64,000 nt of DNA, taken from assembly GCA_016389475.1 (NCBI GenBank), contig GCA_016389475.1_3042.1. One strand, given 5' to 3'. The translations under genes were made by a program, and so were the position numbers. Below the pieces are notes generated by a model, which was not told where the DNA came from, did no database searches, and saw only the letters and a list, made by a program, of their open reading frames with translations. This stretch comes from a phage. Within the stretch, counting starts at the first letter, position 1; every line of letters starts with the position of its first letter. This document shows positions 28,030 through 37,915 of this stretch, one piece after another.

Positions 28030-28503
28030 TTATTTGATTTGTTTAGCAGACCAAATGCGGTCTTTAATAATTTTTTGGATGTCTTCAACATACTCTAGGT
28101 CATGAGCATGTGGGTTATCTTTAAAGCTATGAGCACGAGCTAGCTTTTGGCCTTCAGTTTTGATTACTAAAAGCTCTTTAAGGATAGCTTCATATTTGGA
28201 GATAATTCCTTTAACGATATTTTTTTCTTGTGCGACTTTAGGATCTGCTTTAGGAGCAGGTTTACCCGAAGCCTTTGCAAAAGCAGCGCCAGTAGCAACT
28301 AAACTTTTCCAGGCCATACTAACTGCATTTCCCGTAAATCCTTCCGCTTTCATGTCGCGTGCGAACTGAAATCGCGATTCATCAGAAGCATCTTTGTAAG
28401 AATATTTACCCGCTGCAATGGCTGCTTTTGCGACAGCTTGAATTTCGGTGCTAGATGCTTCATTTAACACCGCTTCATTTAAAAATTGAGTATATGATTT
28501 CAT
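28030..28503 (-). CDS. internal-protein-like protein (157 aa) with CTS-like N-terminus
   Basis: N-terminus MKSYTQFLNEAVL resembles the MKTYQEF capsid-targeting sequence. Alanine/lysine-rich basic protein. Confidence 0.5.
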   Translation of the reverse strand: MKSYTQFLNEAVLNEASSTEIQAVAKAAIAAGKYSYKDASDESRFQFARDMKAEGFTGNAVSMAWKSLVATGAAFAKASGKPAPKADPKVAQEKNIVKGIISKYEAILKELLVIKTEGQKLARAHSFKDNPHAHDLEYVEDIQKIIKDRIWSAKQIK

Positions 28504-28544
28504 CTTATTTCCTGTTTTAATTCGTGGATTTAATATACTTATTT

Positions 28545-28577
28545 ATACTAAAAAGCCCCAACCTTTCGGTCGGGGCT
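28545..28577 (-). terminator. rho-independent terminator (copy B of the duplicated hairpin)
   Basis: Same hairpin as 27991..28022 (loop tttc instead of tttt), followed by a U-run on the minus strand. Confidence 0.55.
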
Positions 28578-28589
28578 AAGCCTTGCGGC

Positions 28590-28700
28590 AACCTTGTCGG
28601 GGTTCCACCTGCTAAGGCAAGTGTTTGTACGAAACGCCGGGATTCGAACCCGGTTATTAAGCAGTTGACGCTACTCAATATTTTTAAAAGGCCATATCTC
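28590..28700 (-). ncRNA. tRNA-like fragment or stable structured RNA
   Basis: Perfect T-arm (CCGGG-UUCGAAU-CCCGG) on the minus strand, but I could not pair a 7-bp acceptor stem or find a convincing anticodon arm. Confidence 0.25.
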
Positions 28701-28884
28701 GACCATATCCGAACGTTCCGTCAAAAACGCTACTCGGTTTACTGCAAAGATATTTCCTCGAATCGATAATTCGGTGCGCCGTTTCTGCTGTGATAGTAAA
28801 GAGCCAGAACACAGTAAAACTGTGGGAGGAAACTATACTCCAGGGAACATCAGTCCGACGACTTACCGGTAGCGACCCGGTTTC

Positions 28885-29235
28885 TTAGTATTCTTTTAAA
28901 GCATCAACCTGTTCACGACGTTTACGCCATAAATCAATTACTTCATACGCAGATTCAGCATTTCGAATTGGACGGCATTTATATAAAGACTTGTGATTTT
29001 GATATTGTGTAGATAACGGAATTTTATCTAAAAGGTCTTTACGTTCAAAATATTCGTAACCATCTAAACCAAATGAACGATTTTTGAGAAATTGCCAATG
29101 ACCAAATTCGTTTTCGACATAAACATAATCTGCATGCTGATAAAGCAAATTAATTACGCGTTCAGAAATAACAGTATCATTATGATTAAAATAGAATGTT
29201 AAATCATGAACTACTAAATAAACATTACCTTTCAT
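28885..29235 (-). CDS. hypothetical protein (116 aa)
   Basis: Track ORF between the tRNA-Arg gene and the structured RNA region. Confidence 0.5.
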   Translation of the reverse strand: MKGNVYLVVHDLTFYFNHNDTVISERVINLLYQHADYVYVENEFGHWQFLKNRSFGLDGYEYFERKDLLDKIPLSTQYQNHKSLYKCRPIRNAESAYEVIDLWRKRREQVDALKEY

Positions 29236-29253
29236 ATTTTCCTCACTTATAAT

Positions 29254-29329
29254 TGGTCGAGGCAGTAGGGATCGAACCTACGACCCAGGACTTAGAAGGT
29301 CCTTGCTCTTCCTTCTGAGCTATGCCCCG
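29254..29329 (-). tRNA. tRNA-Arg (anticodon TCT), CCA encoded
   Basis: Manually folded cloverleaf: acceptor CGGGGCA/TGCCTCG, D-arm GCTC/GAGC, anticodon loop CTTCTAA, T-loop TTCGATC. Confidence 0.8.
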
Positions 29330-29333
29330 TAAT

Positions 29334-29409
29334 TGGGGTGACCGATGGGAGTCGAACCCATGACTACGAGAATCACAATCTCGAGTTCTACCAACTGAAC
29401 TACGGCCAC
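29334..29409 (-). tRNA. tRNA-His (anticodon GTG), CCA encoded
   Basis: Acceptor GTGGCCG/CGGTCAC, anticodon stem CGAGA/TCTCG, loop TTGTGAT, T-loop TTCGACT, discriminator C. Confidence 0.7.
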
Positions 29410-29523
29410 ATTAATACCTACTCCAACAATCATGATGTCTTCACACGAAATTAAGAGAAGAGTGATCAGTTCAACCCCTATAATCGCGTCAAGTAGATAT
29501 TAATGTGACAGTTGTCACAAATT

Positions 29524-29598
29524 TGGCGGACGTGATAGGATTCGAACCTATAACCAATCGCTTAACAGGCGATCGCTCTGCCATTGAGCTACACATCC
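29524..29598 (-). tRNA. tRNA-Asn (anticodon GTT), CCA encoded
   Basis: Acceptor GGATGTG/CACGTCC, anticodon stem ATCGC/GCGAT, loop CTGTTAA, T-loop TTCGAAT. Confidence 0.7.
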
Positions 29599-29602
29599 AA
29601 AT

Positions 29603-29689
29603 TGGTGGGGAGTGATGGAGTCGAACCACCCGAGTCGCAATGACAATGAATTTACAGTCCACACCGCTACCTCTACGGGATAACTCCCC
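29603..29689 (-). tRNA. tRNA-Tyr (anticodon GTA), long variable arm, CCA encoded
   Basis: Acceptor GGGGAGT/ACTCCCC, anticodon loop CTGTAAA, about 15-nt variable arm, T-loop TTCGACT. Confidence 0.65.
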
Positions 29690-29701
29690 TAATTCATAAT
29701 T

Positions 29702-29776
29702 TGGTGGCCCTGGGTGGAATTGAACCACCATCTGGCGATTATGAGTCGCTTGCTTGAACCTTCCAGCTACAGGGCC
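29702..29776 (-). tRNA. tRNA with CAT anticodon (Ile-lysidine type as in T4, or Met)
   Basis: Acceptor GGCCCTG/CAGGGCC, anticodon loop CTCATAA, T-loop TTCAATT. Confidence 0.7.
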
Positions 29777-29777
29777 T

Positions 29778-29853
29778 TGGTGCTGATTGACGGAATCGAA
29801 CCGCCGACATCCTCATTACAAGTGAGGTGCTCTACCTACTGAGCTAAATCAGC
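29778..29853 (-). tRNA. tRNA-Thr (anticodon TGT)
   Basis: Acceptor GCTGATT/AATCAGC, anticodon stem CCTCA/TGAGG, loop CTTGTAA, T-loop TTCGATT. Confidence 0.8.
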
Positions 29854-29858
29854 AAAAC

Positions 29859-29948
29859 TGGCGGAGGCGATAGGATTCGAACCTATGAGTCGCCGGAGCG
29901 ACTGCCGGTTTTCAAGACCGGTGCATTCAACCACTCTGCCACGCCTCC
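29859..29948 (-). tRNA. tRNA-Ser (anticodon TGA), long variable arm
   Basis: Acceptor GGAGGCG/CGCCTCC, anticodon stem CCGGT/ACCGG, loop CTTGAAA, T-loop TTCGAAT. Confidence 0.8.
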
Positions 29949-29950
29949 AG

Positions 29951-30024
29951 TCTCCATACAAGGATTTGAACCTTGGACCTCCTGATCCCAAATCAGGCGC
30001 TCTACCAAACTGAGCTACACGGAG
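29951..30024 (-). tRNA. tRNA-Pro (anticodon TGG), no encoded CCA
   Basis: Anticodon stem CCTGA/TCAGG, loop TTTGGGA, T-loop TTCAAAT. Only 2 nt separate it from tRNA-Ser (Pro-Ser dimer arrangement known from T4). Confidence 0.8.
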
Positions 30025-30034
30025 TAAATTAAAT

Positions 30035-30108
<74 letters not shown>

Positions 30109-30113
30109 AAATT

Positions 30114-30200
30114 TGGTGCGAGAAGTGGGACTCGAACCCACAAGGAAATCATTCCGCAGCATTTTAAGTGCTGTGCCTTTACCAATTTGACCATTCTCGC
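30114..30200 (-). tRNA. tRNA-Leu (anticodon TAA), long variable arm, CCA encoded
   Basis: Acceptor GCGAGAA/TTCTCGC, anticodon stem CAGCA/TGCTG, loop CTTAAAA. Confidence 0.8.
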
Positions 30201-30201
30201 G

Positions 30202-30274
30202 CTGGGAATAAAGGATTCGAACCTTTGCATCCTGGAATCAAAATCCAGTGCCTTACCAACTTGGCTAATTCCCA
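30202..30274 (-). tRNA. tRNA-Gln (anticodon TTG), no encoded CCA
   Basis: Acceptor TGGGAAT/ATTCCCA, anticodon stem CTGGA/TCCAG, loop TTTTGAT. 1 nt from tRNA-Leu (Gln-Leu dimer arrangement known from T4). Confidence 0.8.
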
Positions 30275-30371
30275 ATTATTAACAAAGGCTCTTTAGCAAG
30301 AACCCTTGATGATAGAGGGTATTAATCAGTGCGGTATGAGTTAATAATAACAAATAATTCTTAAAGCATAT

Positions 30372-30659
30372 TTACCATTTATGATAATACATATTTACGA
30401 TGCATTCAAGATCTAAAGGATTCTTGAAAATATCATATTCAAGAGGACCTTTTTCTGTTTCAATAAAGAAATCAAAATTTACTGTATTAAATTTACGATC
30501 TTCCTTCACTAATTTAACTTGAGAAGATGAACGGTCAACATAAACCTTTTCAACTTCAAAACATGTTAAAACGCCATAATCATCAATCAAGGCTTTAGCC
30601 GCGTCTTGATCATATTTATATCCATTTTCAATGGACGATACTTTAGCATAAAGAATCAT
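30372..30659 (-). CDS. hypothetical protein (95 aa)
   Basis: Track ORF. Confidence 0.5.
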   Translation of the reverse strand: MILYAKVSSIENGYKYDQDAAKALIDDYGVLTCFEVEKVYVDRSSSQVKLVKEDRKFNTVNFDFFIETEKGPLEYDIFKNPLDLECIVNMYYHKW

Positions 30660-30661
30660 TA

Positions 30662-31081
30662 TTACCCTTCATCAACAATAGTATGAGTGTGGGCATTTAC
30701 AATTTGCCACCAATCAAAGCGATTAGAACCATACATTGGTTTGTTCTCATTTTCTTTGATAATGTCACGGAGTTCATCTTCAGTAGCGGCTTTCGCGATT
30801 AAATCAGCATACCCACCGCGAGGATAATAATTATCACCCGCAAAAAGTAAAAAGTTTGGTTTAATATTATTAAACTCTTCAAGAGTAATAACTTTTCCTG
30901 TCGGTTGAACAATCTCTACATATTTATATCCTAATTTTTGAGCAGCATCTACTGCTTCAAGCAAAGTATCATGAGCCCATCCAATTTGACAATCTGGCTT
31001 TTCAGATGGATTAGCCTGATAATCCGCGTACACTTTATACATTCTATTCACCTTTAGAAATTTTATCCATAACGATAGCAA
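30662..31081 (-). CDS. hypothetical protein (139 aa; start may be the internal Met)
   Basis: Track ORF. Confidence 0.5.
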   Translation of the reverse strand: MLSLWIKFLKVNRMYKVYADYQANPSEKPDCQIGWAHDTLLEAVDAAQKLGYKYVEIVQPTGKVITLEEFNNIKPNFLLFAGDNYYPRGGYADLIAKAATEDELRDIIKENENKPMYGSNRFDWWQIVNAHTHTIVDEG

Positions 31082-31229
31082 TTAAACCAATTAAAAATGC
31101 TACTACAAGTGAAAATACATTTTCTGCTGTAGTTAATAATCCGCATATAAATCCAACAAACATTGAAAAACTAAAAGCAGAAGCAGAAATTGCAATAGCA
31201 ACATTTCGAATTAATTCACAACGTTTCAT
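31044..31229 (-). CDS. small membrane protein (61 aa)
   Basis: Two hydrophobic helices; promoter and GAGGAG SD upstream. Confidence 0.45.
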   Translation of the reverse strand: MKRCELIRNVAIAISASAFSFSMFVGFICGLLTTAENVFSLVVAFLIGLIAIVMDKISKGE

Positions 31230-31251
31230 TTTATTCTCCTCAGTAGTTGAT

Positions 31252-31289
31252 AGGGTAATAGTATCACAACTAAAACCCTATGTAAACAA
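31252..31289 (-). promoter_or_regulatory. early promoter (GTTTAC-N18-TACTAT)
   Basis: Minus-strand GTTTAC at 31287..31282; -10 at 31263..31258; leader TCAACTACTGAGGAG. Confidence 0.55.
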
Positions 31290-31305
31290 CTTTGTGAAAA
31301 ATTTA

Positions 31306-31590
31306 TTACAAAAGATTTTTAGCAATAATTTTAAGCTGAGCTACTGAAATATGCTTGGCTTTAAACAAAGCAGTTTCTTCAGCAGGGGAGATAACGATTG
31401 TAGCACCATCTTTCTTAGCGGACCATCCATCACCCAGGTAAACAGTACCTTTGACTTCTTCGCCATCAACCAGGCTAATCATCGGTTTACCTTCACGTCC
31501 TTTGTTTGCTTTAATAACTTCAGAAGTAAGGGTCGCTTCAGTCAAAGTAGAAGCGTTAGTGGTTGAAGTGAATTCTTGATAAGTTTTCAT
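31306..31590 (-). CDS. ipI: capsid internal protein (IPI-like) with capsid-targeting sequence
   Basis: 94 aa with N-terminus MKTYQEFTST; located between the tRNA cluster and 57B as ipI is in T4. Confidence 0.6.
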   Translation of the reverse strand: MKTYQEFTSTTNASTLTEATLTSEVIKANKGREGKPMISLVDGEEVKGTVYLGDGWSAKKDGATIVISPAEETALFKAKHISVAQLKIIAKNLL

Positions 31591-31614
31591 TTTTATTTTC
31601 CTAATTAATTTTGA

Positions 31615-31653
31615 TGAGGTAATAGTATCACTACCTCATCAGCATGTAAACAA
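31615..31653 (-). promoter_or_regulatory. early promoter (GTTTAC-N18-TACTAT) for the ipI-like gene, embedded in a 9-bp inverted repeat
   Basis: Minus-strand GTTTAC at 31651..31646; -10 at 31627..31622. Inverted repeat GATGAGGTA / TACCTCATC flanks the -10. Confidence 0.5.
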
Positions 31654-31663
31654 CTTTGTGAAA

Positions 31664-32348
<685 letters not shown>

Positions 32349-32349
<1 letters not shown>

Positions 32350-33074
32350 TATAGTACCTTTAGTGTATTTTTAATTTTAGAAAAAAGTTCTTCAAGAGAA
32401 CCATCGTTTGTAATTACTAAATCACCATCACGAATTGGCAATCCAGCTTCTGTAATATGTGTATCATTGGATTTTTGACCAGGACGAACTACATGAATTA
32501 CTGTAGCACCCATCGCCCTAGCCGCATCCATTTCATGATCTTGACGGGTATCAGGAACGATATAATAATCATAACCTGAGTTAAATTTATCAAGATAATC
32601 TAAAGCAAATAATTTTACCCAGTACATGCGGTCGAAGTTATTAACAATCAAATCCGTACCTAGGGCTTGCATCAGACGACGGACTGACCATTGATCTTCA
32701 ATATTATTTATAACGTCAATAATCTTGTTAAATGCTACGGAATTAACTGATTCTTGTCCTTCGTCATCAAAAACAAACACACCCTTAATTGGGCTTTTAC
32801 CATTAAGATAGCAAAATGCTTGTTCCATAATCGTGATTACTTCTAATTTAGTCAGATTTAAATTAGTCTCACGATCATAGTCAATTCCTTCAAACTCTTT
32901 ACGAGTTAAGCAAGGATAGCCAGTGTTTGCTGCAAATACTCCCCATGCATAAGCCAATGCATCCTTAATAGGACCAGCAAGTTGGTATTTAACTGCAGAA
33001 TAATTGCTCATGATAAAATCAGCAGTAGTATCTTTTCCACTACGCTTTACACCGCTTAAAAAGATTAGTTTCAT
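32349..33074 (-). CDS. 1: deoxynucleoside monophosphate kinase
   Basis: 241 aa from ATG 33074 (GAGGAG SD); P-loop GVKRSGKDT; matches T4 gp1 length. Confidence 0.85.
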
Positions 33075-33099
33075 GTGTTTCTCCTCAAATTTAATTAAG

Positions 33100-33123
33100 A
33101 TTATAACACACAAAACTGAAGCA
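33100..33123 (-). promoter_or_regulatory. middle-promoter-like element (MotA box plus -10) upstream of gene 1
   Basis: Minus-strand TGCTTCA at 33123..33117, 11-nt spacer, then TATAAT at 33105..33100. Confidence 0.45.
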
Positions 33124-33654
33124 TTAAACTTCTGCTATAATTTTTCCATCTTTTTCTACTTGAAAATAGGTGTAAGGAATCGTTGCAGTACATACTAAAG
33201 CCGGGTCTGAATCTTCCGTATAGCTAAATTCTACTTCAGATAGGTCAGAAACCCAAGGCTTATAAAAATTTATTGACATCACGATTTCAGTTTTGCTATT
33301 ATCTAAGATGTAAAGCGTAATGTACTCAGGACCCGTTTTTTGGGCAGTATTTTCACCTGTAAGATAGTTGCTAGTTCCTAGCATCCATTCATACATTCCT
33401 ATCCATGACTTAAGTTCTTCATCAACTATAAATCTCACAATGAGTGGATCATACTCAAATGTAACACCTGGACGTTGTGCTCGGCCCAGTCCAAACGGCC
33501 CAGTCACGGTATCAGTAACAGGTATTCTAATTCCTGGAATAGGAACTGACTGAGCATTTAAAGTAAAAGCAGATGTAGTATTACTATGTGGTATTGATAC
33601 TACAAAGTTAGTTGTATTTGCTTGGTTAAAAATTTGTTGCAGAGCTTGCGACAT
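33124..33654 (-). CDS. 3: tail completion / sheath stabiliser protein
   Basis: 176 aa from ATG 33654 (GAGGAA SD), matching T4 gp3 length; synteny 1-3-2-4. Confidence 0.75.
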   Translation of the reverse strand: MSQALQQIFNQANTTNFVVSIPHSNTTSAFTLNAQSVPIPGIRIPVTDTVTGPFGLGRAQRPGVTFEYDPLIVRFIVDEELKSWIGMYEWMLGTSNYLTGENTAQKTGPEYITLYILDNSKTEIVMSINFYKPWVSDLSEVEFSYTEDSDPALVCTATIPYTYFQVEKDGKIIAEV

Positions 33655-33760
33655 ATATTCCTCATAATGCTTTATAACTGTTGGTGGTATAATGGGTCTA
33701 AGTCCCTTCCATTCAATTCCATTTAGAACAAACAACAGAAAAGAATGGAAGATAATAGAA

Positions 33761-34585
33761 TTAGATATTTGACCAGACTTTGTTTGCAGAGAAACGTTTT
33801 CCTTTTGAAACGAACTGCTGAAGTGGCATCAACACAACGTTCGCCCAGTCTTTCGGGGCGATTTCAACAAGGCTACCCATAATATTACCGGGTATATATG
33901 CCTTAATCATTTGGTCTGCACCCCTAAATCCTTTCACTTGACTCCAATCAATTTTTAATTTCGTTTTATTAGTAATAGTAGGTGTATTTGCATATTGCTT
34001 TAAAAGCTCTTCTAGAAATTGCTGACGAGCTTTAGGTGGAATATAGTGCAAGTTTAATCCGTACATTAAATTATGCTTACCTAAACCAAGGTAAATTATC
34101 AAAGGAAATTTATCCCAGTAAGGAAGAGTTTCCTTGTGTTTAGCATCATAAGCAAAAGCATATATTCGTCCCGGCTGCGGGCGAACAACTTTATGTCCTT
34201 TTACTTGCTTAATAGTTTCAGCAAACCATTTTCTGGTTTTATTATTAATTGCTGCGCCTTCATTACGAATTTTATCACGCAATGTTTGTCTGAATGAATT
34301 TATCATAAGCAGTTGTCTTTCTTGCTTATTGAGCTTATTCATTGGTTTTGATTCAAGCTTTTGAATCTTTTCAGCTGTTTTAATTCCTGAAGCATATTTT
34401 GACATTGCCGAAGTAAACGTAGAGTATTTGATTCCTCTTTCTTCAGCAAATTGCTTTCCTGTCATTCCTTTTGCTTTGGCCTTTTTATATTCAAGACCTA
34501 TCTGAATCCATTTCTTTTCGTTTAATGATTGCTTAACCTTTGGAACTTGGGGAGTGCTTTCATTAATTATTTGAAAAATAGCCAT
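33761..34585 (-). CDS. 2: DNA end protector protein
   Basis: 274 aa as in T4 gp2; TAATG junction with gene 4. Confidence 0.8.
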
Positions 34586-35037
34586 TATGCCCCCTTAAAG
34601 CCAAGAGCTCGTAATCCATCTTCTGTTAGAATTCTAAATTTTATTCCACGCTTTTCAGCTAAAGATTGTGCTGCTTTCCATTTGTCAGCGTTCACAGACC
34701 AGGTATAAATTTCATTCATAAATCTTTTCTTCGCTGCAGTTGTTAGATGTGCTGGTTTAACTGGTGGTTGTGTTTCTTTTTTAGGTTTTATTTCAATAAA
34801 AAATTCTTGTCCAGAAGAATCTTTCATCCAAATATCCATGAAGTATCTACGTTTTTTCCCTTCTGCATTACAAAAATAAGGAATTACTGCTGTTTCACTA
34901 CCCCATGCAATAATTTCTGGATTTTTATCTAACCATTCAAAAAAGAATTTTTCCCAATTTGATCTATACGTAATTTTTTTAGGGTCACCTCTATATTTTG
35001 ATATATTTTTAGGAACCCATTTTCCAGAATATGCCAT
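34585..35037 (-). CDS. 4: head completion protein
   Basis: 150 aa as in T4 gp4; divergent from gene 53. Confidence 0.8.
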
Positions 35038-35048
35038 TGGATTCTCCT

Positions 35049-35056
35049 TATAAATA
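35049..35056 (+). promoter_or_regulatory. late promoter TATAAATA for gene 53
   Basis: Exact TATAAATA 29 nt upstream of the gene 53 ATG. Confidence 0.6.
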
Positions 35057-35063
35057 GATAATA

Positions 35064-35071
35064 TATTTATA
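35064..35071 (-). promoter_or_regulatory. late promoter TATAAATA (minus strand) for genes 4-2-3
   Basis: Plus-strand tatttata reads TATAAATA on the minus strand, 27 nt before the gene 4 ATG. Confidence 0.55.
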
Positions 35072-35084
35072 AACAGGAGGGCCC

Positions 35085-35675
35085 ATGCTCTTTACATTTT
35101 TTGATCCGATTGAATATGCGGCCAAAACGGTGAATAAAAACGCGCCGACTATTCCTATGACAGATATTTTTAGAAACTATAAAGACTATTTCAAACGTGC
35201 TCTTGCGGGATACCGCTTACGTACTTATTATATTAAAGGTTCACCACGCCCGGAAGAATTAGCAAATACTATATATGGAAATCCACAGTTGTATTGGGTT
35301 TTATTGATGTGTAATGATAATTATGATCCATATTATGGATGGATTACTTCACAAGAAGCTGCTTATCAAGCATCTATACAAAAATACAAAAACGTAGGTG
35401 GAGACCAAATAGTATATCATGTAAATGAGAACGGTGAAAAATTTTATAATTTAGTATCATACGATGATAATCCATATGTTTGGTATGACAAAGGTGATAA
35501 AGCTAGAAAATATCCTCAATATGAAGGAGCACTTGCTGCTGTTAATACGTATGAAGCTGCTGTTCTTGAAAATGAAAAACTTCGTCAAATAAAAATAATA
35601 GCAAAATCAGACATCAATTCATTTATGAACGACCTTATACGTATAATGGAGAAATCTTATGGAAATGATAAGTAA
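35085..35675 (+). CDS. 53: baseplate wedge protein gp53
   Basis: 196 aa; first gene of the plus-strand late block; AGGAGG SD. Confidence 0.85.
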   Translation: MLFTFFDPIEYAAKTVNKNAPTIPMTDIFRNYKDYFKRALAGYRLRTYYIKGSPRPEELANTIYGNPQLYWVLLMCNDNYDPYYGWITSQEAAYQASIQKYKNVGGDQIVYHVNENGEKFYNLVSYDDNPYVWYDKGDKARKYPQYEGALAAVNTYEAAVLENEKLRQIKIIAKSDINSFMNDLIRIMEKSYGNDK

Positions 35676-37386
35676 TAACCTTAATTGGTTTGTTGGTGTT
35701 GTTGAAGATAGAATGGACCCATTAAAATTAGGTCGTGTTCGTGTTCGTGTGGTTGGTCTGCATCCACCACAAAGAGCACAAGGTGATGTAATGGGTATTC
35801 CAACTGAAAAATTGCCATGGATGTCAGTTATTCAGCCTATAACTTCGGCAGCTATGTCTGGAATTGGAGGTTCCGTTACCGGACCGGTAGAAGGAACTAG
35901 AGTTTATGGTCATTTTTTGGACAAATGGAAAACTAACGGAATTGTTCTTGGCACGTATGGTGGAATAGTTCGCGAAAAACCGAATAGACTTGAAGGATTT
36001 TCTGACCCGACTGGGCAATATCCTAGACGTTTAGGAAATGATACTAACGTACTAAACCAAGGCGGAGAAGTAGGATATGATTCGTCTTCTAACGTTATCC
36101 AAGATAGTAACTTAGACACCGCAATAAATCCCGATGATAGACCACTATCAGAGATTCCAACTGATGATAATCCAAATATGTCAATGGCTGAAATGCTTCG
36201 CCGCGATGAAGGATTAAGACTAAAAGTTTATTGGGATACCGAAGGATATCCGACAATTGGTATTGGTCATCTTATCATGAAGCAGCCAGTTCGTGATATG
36301 GCTCAAATTAATAAAGTTTTATCGAAACAAGTTGGTCGTGAAATTACTGGAAACCCAGGTTCTATTACAATGGAAGAAGCGACGACTTTATTTGAGCGTG
36401 ATTTGGCTGATATGCAACGTGATATTAAATCACATTCTAAAGTAGGACCAGTCTGGCAAGCTGTCAACCGTTCTCGTCAAATGGCGTTAGAAAATATGGC
36501 ATTTCAGATGGGTGTTGGCGGTGTAGCTAAATTTAACACAATGTTAACTGCTATGTTAGCAGGAGATTGGGAAAAAGCATACAAAGCCGGTCGTGATTCA
36601 TTGTGGTATCAACAAACAAAAGGCCGTGCATCCCGTGTTACCATGATTATTCTTACGGGGAATTTGGAATCATATGGTGTTGAAGTGAAAACTCCAGCTA
36701 GGTCTTTATCGGCAATGGCTGCGACTGTAGCTAAATCTTCTGACCCTGCTGACCCTCCTATTCCGAATGATTCAAGAATTTTATTTAAAGAACCTGTTTC
36801 TTCATATAAAGGCGAATATCCTTATGTGCATACAATGGAAACTGAAAGTGGACATATTCAGGAATTTGATGATACCCCTGGGCAAGAACGATATAGATTA
36901 GTTCATCCAACTGGAACTTATGAAGAAGTATCACCGTCAGGGAGAAGAACAAGAAAAACTGTTGATAATTTATATGATATAACCAACGCTGATGGTAATT
37001 TTTTGGTAGCCGGCGATAAAAAGACTAACGTCGGTGGATCAGAAATTTATTACAACATGGATAATCGTCTTCACCAAATAGATGGAAGCAATACAATATT
37101 TGTACGTGGCGATGAAACTAAGACGGTTGAAGGTAATGGAACTATCCTAGTTAAAGGTAATGTTACTATTGTAGTTGAAGGTAATGCTGACATTACAGTT
37201 AAAGGAGATGCTACCACTTTAGTTGAAGGAAATCAGACTAATACAGTAAATGGAAATCTTTCTTGGAAAGTTGCTGGGACAGTTGATTGGGACGTTGGTG
37301 GTGATTGGACAGAAAAAATGGCATCTATGAGTTCTATTTCATCTGGTCAATACACAATTGATGGATCGAGGATTGACATTGGCTAA
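35659..37386 (+). CDS. 5: baseplate hub and tail lysozyme gp5
   Basis: 575 aa; internal lysozyme domain closely resembling gene e (EMLRRDEGLRLKVYWDTEGYPTIGIGHL); C-terminal beta-helix repeats (VEGNGTILVKGNVTIVVEGNADITVKGD). Confidence 0.95.
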   Translation: MEMISNNLNWFVGVVEDRMDPLKLGRVRVRVVGLHPPQRAQGDVMGIPTEKLPWMSVIQPITSAAMSGIGGSVTGPVEGTRVYGHFLDKWKTNGIVLGTYGGIVREKPNRLEGFSDPTGQYPRRLGNDTNVLNQGGEVGYDSSSNVIQDSNLDTAINPDDRPLSEIPTDDNPNMSMAEMLRRDEGLRLKVYWDTEGYPTIGIGHLIMKQPVRDMAQINKVLSKQVGREITGNPGSITMEEATTLFERDLADMQRDIKSHSKVGPVWQAVNRSRQMALENMAFQMGVGGVAKFNTMLTAMLAGDWEKAYKAGRDSLWYQQTKGRASRVTMIILTGNLESYGVEVKTPARSLSAMAATVAKSSDPADPPIPNDSRILFKEPVSSYKGEYPYVHTMETESGHIQEFDDTPGQERYRLVHPTGTYEEVSPSGRRTRKTVDNLYDITNADGNFLVAGDKKTNVGGSEIYYNMDNRLHQIDGSNTIFVRGDETKTVEGNGTILVKGNVTIVVEGNADITVKGDATTLVEGNQTNTVNGNLSWKVAGTVDWDVGGDWTEKMASMSSISSGQYTIDGSRIDIG

Positions 37387-37420
37387 TATACTTCCAATGA
37401 GCGCTGATTTAGGAGAATCC

Positions 37421-37915
37421 ATGGAAGGTTCTTCTATCGACGTCACCTTTACCGCTCAATTAGAAACAGGTGAAACGTTAGTATCTATAAATATAACTAG
37501 TTACGAAGAAACTCCTGGGGTTTTAGTAGAAGAAAATCGCTTATATGGAACATATGAATCTGTGTTTGGATTTGGAAATGACGCGTTGAAATATCGTTTA
37601 GGCGATGAATTTAAAATTGCTGCTTCATGGGAAGAACTTCCTACTGATTCTGATACTCAGCTGTATTTGTGGAAAGCTCCTCAAAATCTCCAGAAGACAT
37701 TCACTTACGAAGTAACATTAATATATGACTACCAAGAACAAAGTGAATCTGGGGGTTCTGGCAGTAATTCTAGGTCATCTTCTGATACTACTGAACCGAC
37801 GGATCCTCCTGCTCCAGTAAGAAAAACTCTCGTTAAAAATTATACTAAAACTATAGTTGGAAATTGGAGTCGTTGGGCTAATAAACTGAGAAGCTATGTA
37901 TATGAGAGGCCATAA
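37421..37915 (+). CDS. 5.1: gp5.1-like protein (164 aa from ATG 37421)
   Basis: AGGAG 5 nt before the ATG at 37421; alternative ATG at 37397; Ser-rich linker. Confidence 0.55.

Noticed and set aside
28590-28700. A complete twelfth tRNA gene
   Set aside because: A perfect T-arm is present but no 7-bp acceptor stem can be paired and the best anticodon stem is 3 bp. Kept only as a tRNA-like fragment or stable RNA candidate.
29410-29523. Possible small ORF or tRNA in the 114-bp gap between tRNA-His and tRNA-Asn
   Set aside because: No cloverleaf and no ORF with start signals; only a short palindrome (GTGACAGTTGTCAC). Probably a spacer or processing site.
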